Below, in pieces: positions 26,920 through 35,696 of a stretch of 64,000 bases of DNA. The notes beneath the pieces were generated by a model that saw only the letters and a list, made by a program, of their open reading frames with translations, did not search any database and was not told the DNA's origin. The position numbers and the translations under genes are program-made. Origin of the DNA: Thermoanaerobaculia bacterium (GTDB taxonomy: Bacteria > Acidobacteriota > Thermoanaerobaculia > UBA5066 > Gp7-AA6); assembly GCA_036493875.1 (NCBI GenBank), contig DASXPB010000054.1, positions 5,764-69,763 on the forward strand. Reading direction: 5' to 3'. The first letter of the stretch is position 1; each line of letters begins with the position of its first letter.

Positions 26920-28395
26920 ATGTCCTCCTGCGGGATAGGATTCTCGGCAGTGAAACGCGTCCTCAATTTCATCGACGGCCAGTTCAAGCCGCCCTGCTCG
27001 GGACGCTACCTTCCGGACGTCGACCCGGCGACCGGGCAGGTCATCGCCGAGATCGCCGAGAGCGGCCCGGAGGACGTCGATGCTGCGGTTTCCGCGGCTT
27101 CGCGCGCGTTCGCGTCGTGGCGCCGGACGCCCGCCGAGGAACGTTCCCGGCTCCTGATCCGGGTGGCCGAGCTCATCGAGGAGAACTTCGACGAGCTCGC
27201 GCGGCTCGAATCGGAGGACAACGGGAAGCCGATCGCGCTCTCTCGCCGGATGGACGTGCCGCGGGCCATCCTGAACTTTCGCTTCTTCGCGACGGCGATC
27301 CTGCACGCCGAGACGTCCTGCCACGTCACCGACGATCGCGCGCTCAACTACACGCTCCGGCAGCCGCTCGGAGTCGCCGGGCTGATCTCGCCCTGGAACC
27401 TGCCGCTGTACCTCCTGAGCTGGAAGATCGCTCCGGCCATCGCCGCGGGGAACTGCTGTGTGGCGAAGCCCTCGGAGCTCACGCCGCTGACCGCCGACCG
27501 GCTCGCCGCGCTGACCGTGGAGGCGGGCATTCCCCCCGGCGTCGTCAACATCGTGCACGGCCCGGGAGGAAGCGCCGGCCGCGCCCTCACGGCGCATCCG
27601 AACGTCCCGCTCATCTCGTTCACCGGCGGAACGAAGACGGGCGCCGACGTCATGGCCCAGGCCGGGCCGCTCTTCAAGAAGGTTTCCCTGGAGCTCGGGG
27701 GAAAGAACCCGAACATCGTGTTCGCGGACGCCGATCTCGAGCAGGCCGTCGCCACGTCGATCCAGTCGAGCTTCTCCAACCAGGGGGAGATCTGTCTGTG
27801 CGGCTCGCGCCTGTTCGTCGAGAGGACCATCTACGACGAGTTCCTCGGCCGCTTCCTGGAGGCGACGAAGAAGCTCCGGATCGGAGACCCGCAGGACGCC
27901 ACGACCGACGTGGGCGCGCTCATCAGCGAGTCGCACCTCCGGAAGGTCGAGGGTTACGTCGCGCTCGCGAGGGAAGAGGGGGGCGAGATTCTCGCCGGCG
28001 GAAAGCGTCCCGCGAGTCTCCCGGAGCGCGTCCGGGACGGGTACTTCCTGGAGCCGACGGTGATCGCCGGCCTCGACTGCAATCGGCGCGTGATGCAGGA
28101 GGAGATCTTCGGACCCGTCGTCACCGTCACGCCCTTCGAGTCTCCGGAGGAGGCGATCGCCTACGCCAATGGCACCCGTTACGGCCTCTCCGCGAGCGTC
28201 TGGACCCGGGATCTCCAGAAGGCCCACCGGGTCGCGGCCGCGCTCGAGAGCGGCACGATATGGGTCAACACGTGGCTGCTTAGGGACCTCCGCGTTCCCT
28301 TCGGCGGAATGAAGGAGAGCGGCGTCGGCCGCGAGGGCGGATTCGACTCGCTTCAGTTCTTCACCGAGGCGAAGAACGTCTGCATCAAGCTCTGA
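26920..28395 (+). CDS. NAD-dependent aldehyde dehydrogenase of the 2-aminomuconate/2-hydroxymuconate semialdehyde dehydrogenase type
   Basis: Motifs: NFIDGQF, LESEDNGKP, FTGGTKTG, ELGGKNP, the catalytic-Cys context GEICLCGSRLFV, and EEIFGPV. The start is ambiguous (GTG 26866, ATG 26920 or GTG 26950). Confidence 0.8.
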   Translation: MSSCGIGFSAVKRVLNFIDGQFKPPCSGRYLPDVDPATGQVIAEIAESGPEDVDAAVSAASRAFASWRRTPAEERSRLLIRVAELIEENFDELARLESEDNGKPIALSRRMDVPRAILNFRFFATAILHAETSCHVTDDRALNYTLRQPLGVAGLISPWNLPLYLLSWKIAPAIAAGNCCVAKPSELTPLTADRLAALTVEAGIPPGVVNIVHGPGGSAGRALTAHPNVPLISFTGGTKTGADVMAQAGPLFKKVSLELGGKNPNIVFADADLEQAVATSIQSSFSNQGEICLCGSRLFVERTIYDEFLGRFLEATKKLRIGDPQDATTDVGALISESHLRKVEGYVALAREEGGEILAGGKRPASLPERVRDGYFLEPTVIAGLDCNRRVMQEEIFGPVVTVTPFESPEEAIAYANGTRYGLSASVWTRDLQKAHRVAAALESGTIWVNTWLLRDLRVPFGGMKESGVGREGGFDSLQFFTEAKNVCIKL

Positions 28396-28527
28396 GCGGA
28401 TGCGCTGACGCGGTTTCGTGTCCATCGCCGCCGGAGGTCAAACTCTAGTCGTACCGGGGACATCCGAAGCCCTCGGTCGGCGACGCAGGTCGATTGGTCG
28501 TGGCTCTTGACTGAGGGTTGACTTTGC

Positions 28528-28545
28528 CTACTACAGGTGTAGTAG
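28528..28545. promoter_or_regulatory. perfect inverted repeat, candidate BlaI-family operator
   Basis: CTACTACA-GG-TGTAGTAG lies 25 nt upstream of the blaI-like ATG, next to two TTGACT hexamers (28507-28512 and 28518-28523). TACA/TGTA dyads are typical of BlaI/MecI operators. Confidence 0.55.
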
Positions 28546-28569
28546 CATCACCGCGGCGCGTAGGAGATC

Positions 28570-28998
28570 ATGCCGAAGTCCCGAACCGCGAACGCTCCTC
28601 TCTCCAGGGCCGAGGCCCGGATCCTCGAGCAGTGCTGGACGCTCGGGACCTGCTCCGTCCGCGAGATCCTCGACAGCCTGTCGGAGGACGAGCGCGTTGC
28701 CTACACGACCGTCCAGACGCTCGTGCATCGGCTCGAGCAGAAGGGCGCCGTCCGCCGGGTCAAGAAGATCGGCAACGCGCAGCTCTTCGAGCCGGTCCTC
28801 GGGCGGCACGAGTACCGCCGCGGCGTGGTCCGCGAGCTGCTCCAGCTCTTCGGCGGCTCGCCGCGCCTGCTCGTCTCCAACCTGCTCGAGAGCGGGACCA
28901 TCACCCTGAAGGATCTGAAGGCGCTGCAGGACGCGGCGCGGACCGCAACCGGCGACTCCGCCCGCCGTAAGGGAAGGAGAGGGAGACGCCATGTCTGA
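28570..28998 (+). CDS. BlaI/MecI/CopY-family transcriptional repressor
   Basis: 142 aa with TAGGAG upstream. Winged-helix pattern LSRAEARILEQCW..GTCSVREILDSL...YTTVQTLVHRLEQKGAVRR. Confidence 0.85.
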   Translation: MPKSRTANAPLSRAEARILEQCWTLGTCSVREILDSLSEDERVAYTTVQTLVHRLEQKGAVRRVKKIGNAQLFEPVLGRHEYRRGVVRELLQLFGGSPRLLVSNLLESGTITLKDLKALQDAARTATGDSARRKGRRGRRHV

Positions 28999-30028
28999 TC
29001 CGCTCACGTTCGCCTTCACGCTGCGCGCCCTCGAGATCCACCTGACGTTCGCGACCCTCGTGGCACTCGCCGCCTGGGCGGTGACCTCGTCGCCGCCGTT
29101 CGTCACCGCGACGAAATGTTCGCGTCGCGTCGTGAGCGCGACGAAGCGTTCGCGTCGCGTCGTGAGCGCGACGACCAAGTACTGGATCTGGGTCGCGACG
29201 TCGCTCAACTTCCTGCTGCCGGCCGGAGTCTTCGTCGATCGGTTGCGGCCGCCGAACCTGGCATGGGTTCTCCCGCTGGAGGATTTCGGAAGCCGGATCT
29301 CCCGTGACCGCACGGTGGGCATGGCGCTCGCGGCCGTCTGGGTGATCGGCGCGGCCCTGATGCTCGCGCGGCTCGCCTGGCGGATTCGGGCCGATCGTGG
29401 GCGCCTGCGTCTGCCCCCCGCGACGCAGAGCCGGAGCGGCCTGTTCGCCCGCGGGGTGCCGGTGCGCTTCGACGCGGAGGGCGCCGCTCCCGCCGTCGAC
29501 GGGTTGTTTCGTCCCCGCATCTCGCTTCCGGCCGGCATCGAGCACCTCCTGACCCCGCCCGAGCTCGACGCGGTCCTCATCCACGAGCTGACGCACGCGC
29601 GGCGGCGCGACAATCTCATCCGTCTCGCGCACGAGATCGGCGTCTGCGTGTTCTGGTTCCACCCGATGGTCTGGGTCGCGGGATCGCGGCTCTCGCTCTA
29701 CCGCGAGCTCTCCTGCGACGAGTCCGTCATCCGGCGTGCGCGCGGCGGCGACCTGGTCTCCGCGCTGGCGAAGCTGACGAACCCGGCGGAGACGCTCCTG
29801 CTGCAGTCGGGGGCCTCGTCCTTTCTCGCGGATCGAGTCGCGAGCCTGGCGGTGCCTCGGCGGATCTCGCCGGCGGCGAGCACCCTGCAGGCCGTTCTCT
29901 TCGGTCTCTTGCTGCTGGCGAGCATCCTCGGATCCGCGTTTCAGGCGAACCTGATGCGCCGGGCCTCGCTCGGCGAGTTCTGTCCGCGACTTCGCGCGGA
30001 GCTGGCCGCGGCCACACCAGCAAAATGA
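28991..30028 (+). CDS. M56-family (BlaR1-like) membrane metalloprotease without a recognisable sensor domain
   Basis: 345 aa, overlapping the repressor gene by 8 nt. Several TM helices. HELTHARRRDN (HExxH) followed by FWFHPMVW. The protein ends soon after a last TM helix. Confidence 0.8.
   Translation: MSDPLTFAFTLRALEIHLTFATLVALAAWAVTSSPPFVTATKCSRRVVSATKRSRRVVSATTKYWIWVATSLNFLLPAGVFVDRLRPPNLAWVLPLEDFGSRISRDRTVGMALAAVWVIGAALMLARLAWRIRADRGRLRLPPATQSRSGLFARGVPVRFDAEGAAPAVDGLFRPRISLPAGIEHLLTPPELDAVLIHELTHARRRDNLIRLAHEIGVCVFWFHPMVWVAGSRLSLYRELSCDESVIRRARGGDLVSALAKLTNPAETLLLQSGASSFLADRVASLAVPRRISPAASTLQAVLFGLLLLASILGSAFQANLMRRASLGEFCPRLRAELAAATPAK
29108..29167 (+). repeat. in-frame 30-bp tandem duplication inside the BlaR1-like gene
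   Basis: gcgacgaaatgttcgcgtcgcgtcgtgagc is followed by gcgacgaagcgttcgcgtcgcgtcgtgagc. The two copies differ at 2 positions and encode ATKCSRRVVS/ATKRSRRVVS. Confidence 0.85.
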
Positions 30029-31248
30029 CTGGAGCCCGCCTGATCGCGATGTCCGCCGGAGTGCTCGCGTCCGGGCTGCTCCTCGGCCTGCCGCAACCGC
30101 CGTCTCCGCGCGCGGTGGACCTGCGGGCGTCAGACGGCATGGTGCTGAAGGCAACCTTCTACGCCGCGTCCGCGCCCGGACCCGGCGCGATCCTCTTCCA
30201 CCAGTCGAACCGCACCCGAGCCTCGTGGGACGGCATCGCCGCGCGTCTGGCGTCCGCCGGCATTCACGTCCTCACGCTCGACATGCGCGGGCACGGCGAG
30301 ACGGGCGGCGCGTACGACGAGGACCCCAAGAAGGCGAAGACGACCCGTCTCGGCGACCTCGACGCCGCGTTCGCGTTCCTGACGTCGCAGCCGGGCATCC
30401 GCCGTGACGTGATCGGCTTGGCCGGCGCCGGTTGGAAAGGCGTCGTCGACGCGGTCGACACGGCGCAGAGGCATGCCGACTCGACCCGGGCGTTGGCGCT
30501 GCTTTCCGGCGAGACCGGCCTCGAGGGGATGCAATTTCTCAAGGAGAGCTGGCGCCTTCCGGCGCTATTCGTCGTCGCGGACGACGACGAATATCCGCCG
30601 ACCGTCGAGGCCATGGGGCTCCTCTACGAGTCCGATGGGAGCCCGAGCAAGAAGCTCATCCACTACGCGGCGGCGCAGGAGGCGCCCTGGCTCTGGTACG
30701 AGACGTCGGACGCCGGCAAGGTGCCCGCGAAGGGAGGTCATGGCACGGATCTCTTTGCGGAGCATCCGGAGCTTCCGGGAATCCTCGAGCAGTGGTTCGT
30801 GACGACGCTAATTCGGACGCCGGGCCACGCACCGGCTGAGACGGCCGCGTGCGCGGCCGCGCTCGACGAGATCCGCGAGCCCGGCGGAGTCGGCCGGGTG
30901 AGACAGCGCCTCCTCGACGCGAAGAAGACGGATCCGCAGGCCCAGCTCTTTCCCGAGATCACGGCGAGCATCATCGGCTTCGACCACCAGCGCGACGGCG
31001 ATCCGAAATCGGCGGTCGAGGTCCTGGAGCTCGTGCTGCTCGCCTATCCGACCGCGGCCGCGCGCGAGAACCTGTCCGAGGCGTACCTGCAGAACGGACA
31101 GAAGGATCTCGCGCGGCGGGAGGCCGAGACGGCGCTCGCGATGCTCGACGCCCACAAGGCTCCCGCGTCGTCGTGGTCCGACACGGAGGAGTTTCGCGGC
31201 GAGCTCCGGCGAGGCGCACAGGAAGTTCTCGCGAAGACGGGGAAGTGA
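30025..31248 (+). CDS. alpha/beta hydrolase (dienelactone-hydrolase-like) with a C-terminal TPR-like region
   Basis: Its ATG overlaps the BlaR1-like stop (ATGA). Motifs: GAILFHQSNRTRASW and HVLTLDMRGHGETGG. It is a paralogue of 44096..45286. Confidence 0.7.
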   Translation: MTGARLIAMSAGVLASGLLLGLPQPPSPRAVDLRASDGMVLKATFYAASAPGPGAILFHQSNRTRASWDGIAARLASAGIHVLTLDMRGHGETGGAYDEDPKKAKTTRLGDLDAAFAFLTSQPGIRRDVIGLAGAGWKGVVDAVDTAQRHADSTRALALLSGETGLEGMQFLKESWRLPALFVVADDDEYPPTVEAMGLLYESDGSPSKKLIHYAAAQEAPWLWYETSDAGKVPAKGGHGTDLFAEHPELPGILEQWFVTTLIRTPGHAPAETAACAAALDEIREPGGVGRVRQRLLDAKKTDPQAQLFPEITASIIGFDHQRDGDPKSAVEVLELVLLAYPTAAARENLSEAYLQNGQKDLARREAETALAMLDAHKAPASSWSDTEEFRGELRRGAQEVLAKTGK

Positions 31249-31308
31249 AGTCGACGCGCGCGTGCGCTTCGCGATGAAGGACGGGCGTGTTGACGTGAGG
31301 AGGCTGCC

Positions 31309-31908
31309 ATGACGCGATTCCGGACTCTTTCCCTGAGCGCGCTCGTCGTCGCGCTCGGCCTCGTGTGGAACCGCGGCGACGCGCAGACGTCTGCGCCTAT
31401 GGCGCCTGCGACGCCGCCGCCGCTGAAATCATTGCGCGATGGCCAACACGATTTCGACTTCCTCCTCGGCAAGTGGAAGTACCACCTGAAGCGCCTCGAG
31501 AATCCATTGACGGTGCCGGGCTCGACGCACTGGGTCGAGTTTGACGGCACTGGCGAATGCCGCCCGATCTGGAACGGGAAGGCGCAGCTCGACACGCTGG
31601 ACGTGAACGGTCCGGGCGGCCACATCGAGGGTCTGACGCTGCGCCTCTACGGCCCGGAGTCTCACCAGTGGAGCCTCTACTGGTCGAACGCGGCGAAGGG
31701 GACGGTGGACGTTCCGACGGTCGGGTCGTTCGTGGACGGGCGTGGCGAGTTCTACGACCAGGAGGTCTACCGGGGCCGCATGATCCTGGTGCGCTACGCC
31801 TGGACGGGGACCACGTCGAAGTCGCCACACTTCGAGCAATCGTTCTCGGAAGACGGCGGCAAGACGTGGGAGGTCAACTGGATCACGGATCAGGTGAGGG
31901 TGGAGTGA
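31309..31908 (+). CDS. hypothetical secreted protein
   Basis: GAGGAGG precedes the ATG. Signal peptide MTRFRTLSLSALVVALGLV. 199 aa. No family firmly recognised. Confidence 0.55.
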   Translation: MTRFRTLSLSALVVALGLVWNRGDAQTSAPMAPATPPPLKSLRDGQHDFDFLLGKWKYHLKRLENPLTVPGSTHWVEFDGTGECRPIWNGKAQLDTLDVNGPGGHIEGLTLRLYGPESHQWSLYWSNAAKGTVDVPTVGSFVDGRGEFYDQEVYRGRMILVRYAWTGTTSKSPHFEQSFSEDGGKTWEVNWITDQVRVE

Positions 31909-31925
31909 CGGCGCCTCTTCCTGTC

Positions 31926-32018
31926 GTCATCCCGAGCGCAGCGAGGGATCCCGGACTCGACCGCCACTCCGTCGATGACGCACGGGATCCCTCGTCGGCT
32001 GCGCCTCCTCGGGATGAC
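31926..32018. repeat. palindromic intergenic repeat, family 1
   Basis: gtcatcccgagcgcagcgagggatccc ... gggatccctcgtcggctgcgcctcctcgggatgac. It fills the gap between the convergent stops at 31908 and 32033. Confidence 0.75.
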
Positions 32019-32032
32019 AGAGAGGGCGGTGT

Positions 32033-34573
32033 CTACTTCGCCGCCAGCAGCGCCTCCTGCGCCCGCGCCTCCGGCTTCTTGCCCCACGCCTTGTAGAGTT
32101 CGGCGCGCGCCTTGATCGCGTTGCGCGCGGCCGTGGCCGCTCCCGGGCCGGCGGCGGCGAGGTTCGTTGCGGCCTGCCGGAGAGGCTCGTCGGCTTCGGG
32201 ATAGCGTTTCCTGGCGGTCAGGATCTGCCCGAAGCGGAGGCGGCTGAGCGAAACGGGGATGCTCGTGTCGGGAAATTTCGCGAGCCGGATCTGGAGCGCG
32301 CGTCTCACCGCGGCTTCGGCCTCGTCCAGTCGACCCAGCCGCTGCAACGCTCCCGCCTCGCCGGTCAGCACCGCCGCCACGTCGGGATGGTCCGGGCCGA
32401 GGAACTTCGTCAGGCGCTCGAGCGCCTCCTGATACTTCGGAACCGCGGCCGCGTCGTTTCCGGACGAGCCGTACACGGCGCCAAGATTCGCCAGGGTTCT
32501 TGCGACGGGCTCGGCGTCGTCGCCGAGAGCCTTGCGCCGGATCGCCAGGACCCTCTCGAGCTGCTCCGCGGTCCGGGCGTACTCGCCCTTGCGGTACCAG
32601 ACGTTGCCGAGGTTCTCGAGGCCGCTCGCGTACTCGGGATGGTCCTCGCCGAGGGCCCGCTTGTGGATGGCCATCGCCTCGGCGAACGTCTTCTCGGCCG
32701 CGTCGTAGTCCCCGAGCTGTGTTTGCGCCACCGCGACGTCGTTCAGCGCGCCCCCGAGTTCAGCGGTGTCGTCGTGCAGAGCGCGACGAATGGCGACCTG
32801 AAGGTTGCACTCCTCGAGCGCGCGCTTCCATTCTTCCTGTTCGGTGTACAGACTGCAGAGCGTCCGATGGCTCTCGGCGGCTTCGACACTCTTCGGGCCG
32901 GCGACCCGCTCCCGGATCGCGAGCCCCTCCCTGGCGAGCTTCTCGGCCTCCTTGTAGTCGCTCTTGTTCACCAGCGTGCGCGCAAGCTCGTTGAGCGCGC
33001 CGGCGGCCTCGAGGCTCTCGCGGCCGTGCAGCTTCTCGCGGATCGCGAGCGCCTCGCGCAGCAGCTTCGCCGACTCGTCGGCGTTTCGCTCGACCTGCAG
33101 CGTGTAACCGAGCGTACTGAGGATGTCGGCGACGCCGTCGGTCTCCCGGCCCTCCGCCGCGACGCGGGTGGCCAGCGCGGAGCGCAGGAGCCGCTCGGCG
33201 TCCGCGTACTCGCCGAGCCCGTAGTAGGTGCGGGCGATCGTGGCGAGAACGTCGGCCTCGACCAAGGGCTGGCCCTGGAACGATCCGTGGACCTGCTTCT
33301 CCGACTGCTTCAGCGCGTCGACGAGAGTGACGCCGCGCGAGCCGCCGCGCTGCCACGGGTCCGCGGCGCCCAGCGTCTTCTGCAGGAACTGGTTGATCGC
33401 CGTCGACCGGGCCGCTTCCTGCGCGGCGCGGTCGCGCTCGTGCCGGATCTTCTGGGCCTGGACGGCGAGCGCGACGACGGACACGACGACGACGAGCCCG
33501 ACCGCGGCGGCGGTCCCGAATGCGGCGCGGTGGCGCGAGACGAGCTTGCGGAACTGGTAGGTCGTGCTCGGCGGATGCGCCAGGATCGGCTGGTTGTCGA
33601 GGTATCGCTCGATGTCCTCGGCGAGGGCATCGGCGCTGGCGTAGCGGCGGTTGGGCTCCTTCTCGAGCGCCTTGCCGACGATGGTCGCGAGGTCGGGGTC
33701 GAGGCGGTAGCCGCCGCCGAAAGCCTGCTGGAGGGGCCTCGGAGACCCCTCGAGGACGGTCTTGAGCGCGGCGATCGCCGATCCGGGCAGGTCGTAGGGA
33801 AAGCGGCCGGTGATCGTCTGATAGAGCGTGACGCCGAGCGAGTACACGTCGCTGCGCACGTCGATCTCGCGGCTCGCTCCGCGCGCCTGCTCGGGGCTCA
33901 TGTACGCGAGCGTGCCGCCGATCTGCCCGAGCTGGGACAGCAGCGTTCCCGCCGCCGAGCCGTCGCCCTCCGCGATGCGCGCGAGGCCGAAGTCGAGGAT
34001 CTTGACCGTCGGAACCCAGGGCCGCGAGTGACTGTGGCCATGCGAGGCCGAGCTCGTCGGCTTCTCGTCGGCGACGACGAGGACGTTCGACGGCTTGATG
34101 TCCCGATGGATGACTCCGCGTTGGTGAGCGTAGGCGACCGCGCGGCAGACCGTCGCGAAGAGGCGCAGCCGGTCGCGGAGCTGGGCGGGGGAGGGCCGGT
34201 CGCCGCCCATCTTCTCCCGGACGTACTCGTCGAGAGGACGGCCGCGGACGAGCTCCATCGTGAAGAAGTGCTGCCCGTCGTCCGTGCGGCCGGCCTCGTA
34301 GAGAGCGGCGATGTTGGGATGGATGAGGCGCGCGAGCGTCTGCACCTCGCGGCGGAAGAGCCGCAGCTGCAGCTCGTCCACGAGCTTGCCGCCGCGGATG
34401 ACCTTGAGCGCGACGCGGCGCTCCGGGTCGCGCTGCTCGGCCTCGTAGACGACGCCCATGCCTCCGCGTCCGAGAACGGCGACGACGCGGAACTCGCCGA
34501 TCTCGCCGGGGGCCGGGAGATCGGAGCCGGATTCCGGAAACCCGAGCGTCGGAAACTGGGTGTCGTCGGTCAT
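32033..34573 (-). CDS. Ser/Thr protein kinase with a TM helix and a C-terminal TPR array
   Basis: 846 aa. Kinase motifs: GRGGMGVVYEAEQ, VALKVI, HRDIKPSNVLV, DFGLAR, YMSPEQ. TM helix AAVGLVVVVSVVALAV. Repeated TPR_12-like units follow. Confidence 0.9.
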   Translation of the reverse strand: MTDDTQFPTLGFPESGSDLPAPGEIGEFRVVAVLGRGGMGVVYEAEQRDPERRVALKVIRGGKLVDELQLRLFRREVQTLARLIHPNIAALYEAGRTDDGQHFFTMELVRGRPLDEYVREKMGGDRPSPAQLRDRLRLFATVCRAVAYAHQRGVIHRDIKPSNVLVVADEKPTSSASHGHSHSRPWVPTVKILDFGLARIAEGDGSAAGTLLSQLGQIGGTLAYMSPEQARGASREIDVRSDVYSLGVTLYQTITGRFPYDLPGSAIAALKTVLEGSPRPLQQAFGGGYRLDPDLATIVGKALEKEPNRRYASADALAEDIERYLDNQPILAHPPSTTYQFRKLVSRHRAAFGTAAAVGLVVVVSVVALAVQAQKIRHERDRAAQEAARSTAINQFLQKTLGAADPWQRGGSRGVTLVDALKQSEKQVHGSFQGQPLVEADVLATIARTYYGLGEYADAERLLRSALATRVAAEGRETDGVADILSTLGYTLQVERNADESAKLLREALAIREKLHGRESLEAAGALNELARTLVNKSDYKEAEKLAREGLAIRERVAGPKSVEAAESHRTLCSLYTEQEEWKRALEECNLQVAIRRALHDDTAELGGALNDVAVAQTQLGDYDAAEKTFAEAMAIHKRALGEDHPEYASGLENLGNVWYRKGEYARTAEQLERVLAIRRKALGDDAEPVARTLANLGAVYGSSGNDAAAVPKYQEALERLTKFLGPDHPDVAAVLTGEAGALQRLGRLDEAEAAVRRALQIRLAKFPDTSIPVSLSRLRFGQILTARKRYPEADEPLRQAATNLAAAGPGAATAARNAIKARAELYKAWGKKPEARAQEALLAAK

Positions 34574-34729
34574 CGCGCTGAAGGCGTCCGACGAATCCTA
34601 TCCGAGCCGCTCTATTCCCATTTGAGGAGACTCTCAGGTGATCCCGCACGCGGACGAAACGCCCTCCGGACGACCGGTTCGGGAAACCGCGAAGGCCGAG
34701 TGCACCTAGTTGAAGAGTAGGAGGCGAAG

Positions 34730-35506
34730 ATGCCGCTCGACCGACGGGAGTTCCTCAATGCCGCCGCCCTGGGAGTCGTCGCCGGCGCGCTGCCCCTGCG
34801 CATCCTCGGCGCGCCGGCGGCGGGGCGGACGATCAGGGCCGTGGCCTTCGACGCGTTCCCGATCTTCGACCCGCGGCCGGTCTTCGGACTCGCCGAGCGG
34901 GTCTTCCCCGGAAGGGGGACCGAGCTCGCCGCCGCCTGGAGGTCGCGGCAGTTCGAATACCAGTGGCTGCGGGCTCTGGGCGGCCGCTACGCCGACTTCC
35001 GGCAGGCGACCGAGGACGCGCTGGTGTTCGCCGCCCGAAGTCTCGGGCTCGACCTGACCGCCGGGCAGCGCGCGCAGCTCATGAACGCGTACCTCCAGCT
35101 CCGCGCGTGGCCCGACGTCCCCGCGGCGCTGGCGAGCCTGAGGAACGCCGGCCTCCGTCTCGGGTTGCTCTCCAACTTCACGTCGGCGCTTCTCGACGCC
35201 GGGATCCGCAACGCGGGTCTGAGCGGAGTGTTCGAGCACGTCCTGAGCACCGACGCGATTCGCTCGTACAAGCCGGATCCGCGAGCGTACGAGCTCGGGA
35301 CGGAAGCGTTCGGCCTGGCGAAGGAAGAGATCCTCTTCGCCGCGTTCGCGGGATGGGACGTGGCGGGCGCGAAGTGGTTCGGCTATCCGACGTTCTGGGT
35401 GAATCGCGCCGGAGCGCCGGACGAGCAACTCGGCGTCGCTGCCGACGGGGTCGGCCGCGACCTGAACGCGCTCGTGGCCTTCGTGGGCGTCGGAGGACCT
35501 CGATGA
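34730..35506 (+). CDS. haloacid dehalogenase type II (HAD superfamily) with a twin-arginine signal
   Basis: GTAGGAGG is upstream. The N-terminus MPLDRREFLNAAALGVVAGALP is Tat-like. Core motifs: AVAFDAFPIFD, LLSNFT, SYKPDPRAYE, WDVAGA. Confidence 0.8.
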   Translation: MPLDRREFLNAAALGVVAGALPLRILGAPAAGRTIRAVAFDAFPIFDPRPVFGLAERVFPGRGTELAAAWRSRQFEYQWLRALGGRYADFRQATEDALVFAARSLGLDLTAGQRAQLMNAYLQLRAWPDVPAALASLRNAGLRLGLLSNFTSALLDAGIRNAGLSGVFEHVLSTDAIRSYKPDPRAYELGTEAFGLAKEEILFAAFAGWDVAGAKWFGYPTFWVNRAGAPDEQLGVAADGVGRDLNALVAFVGVGGPR

Positions 35507-35592
35507 CCGGCGCGCCGCTCCGGAGCGCGACGCTGGGCTGCGGGTCGCGCTGCTCGGCCATCGCGGCATGGCGCCGCCATGATCGTATGCCC

Positions 35593-35696
35593 GTCATCCC
35601 GAGGCGAGCAGCGCCTAGCGATCCCGCGCTCGGCTCAGAGCCTGCCGAGCGCGGGATCCTTCGCTATCGCTCAGGATGACGGGCTTCGCCCGTCAC
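35593..35696. repeat. palindromic intergenic repeat, family 1, with a terminal hairpin that includes a stop codon
   Basis: gtcatcccgaggcgagc...gcgggatcc...ctcaggatgac, followed by gggcttcgcccgtca. The minus-strand TGA of the cupin gene (35693-35695) lies in the stem. Confidence 0.75.
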
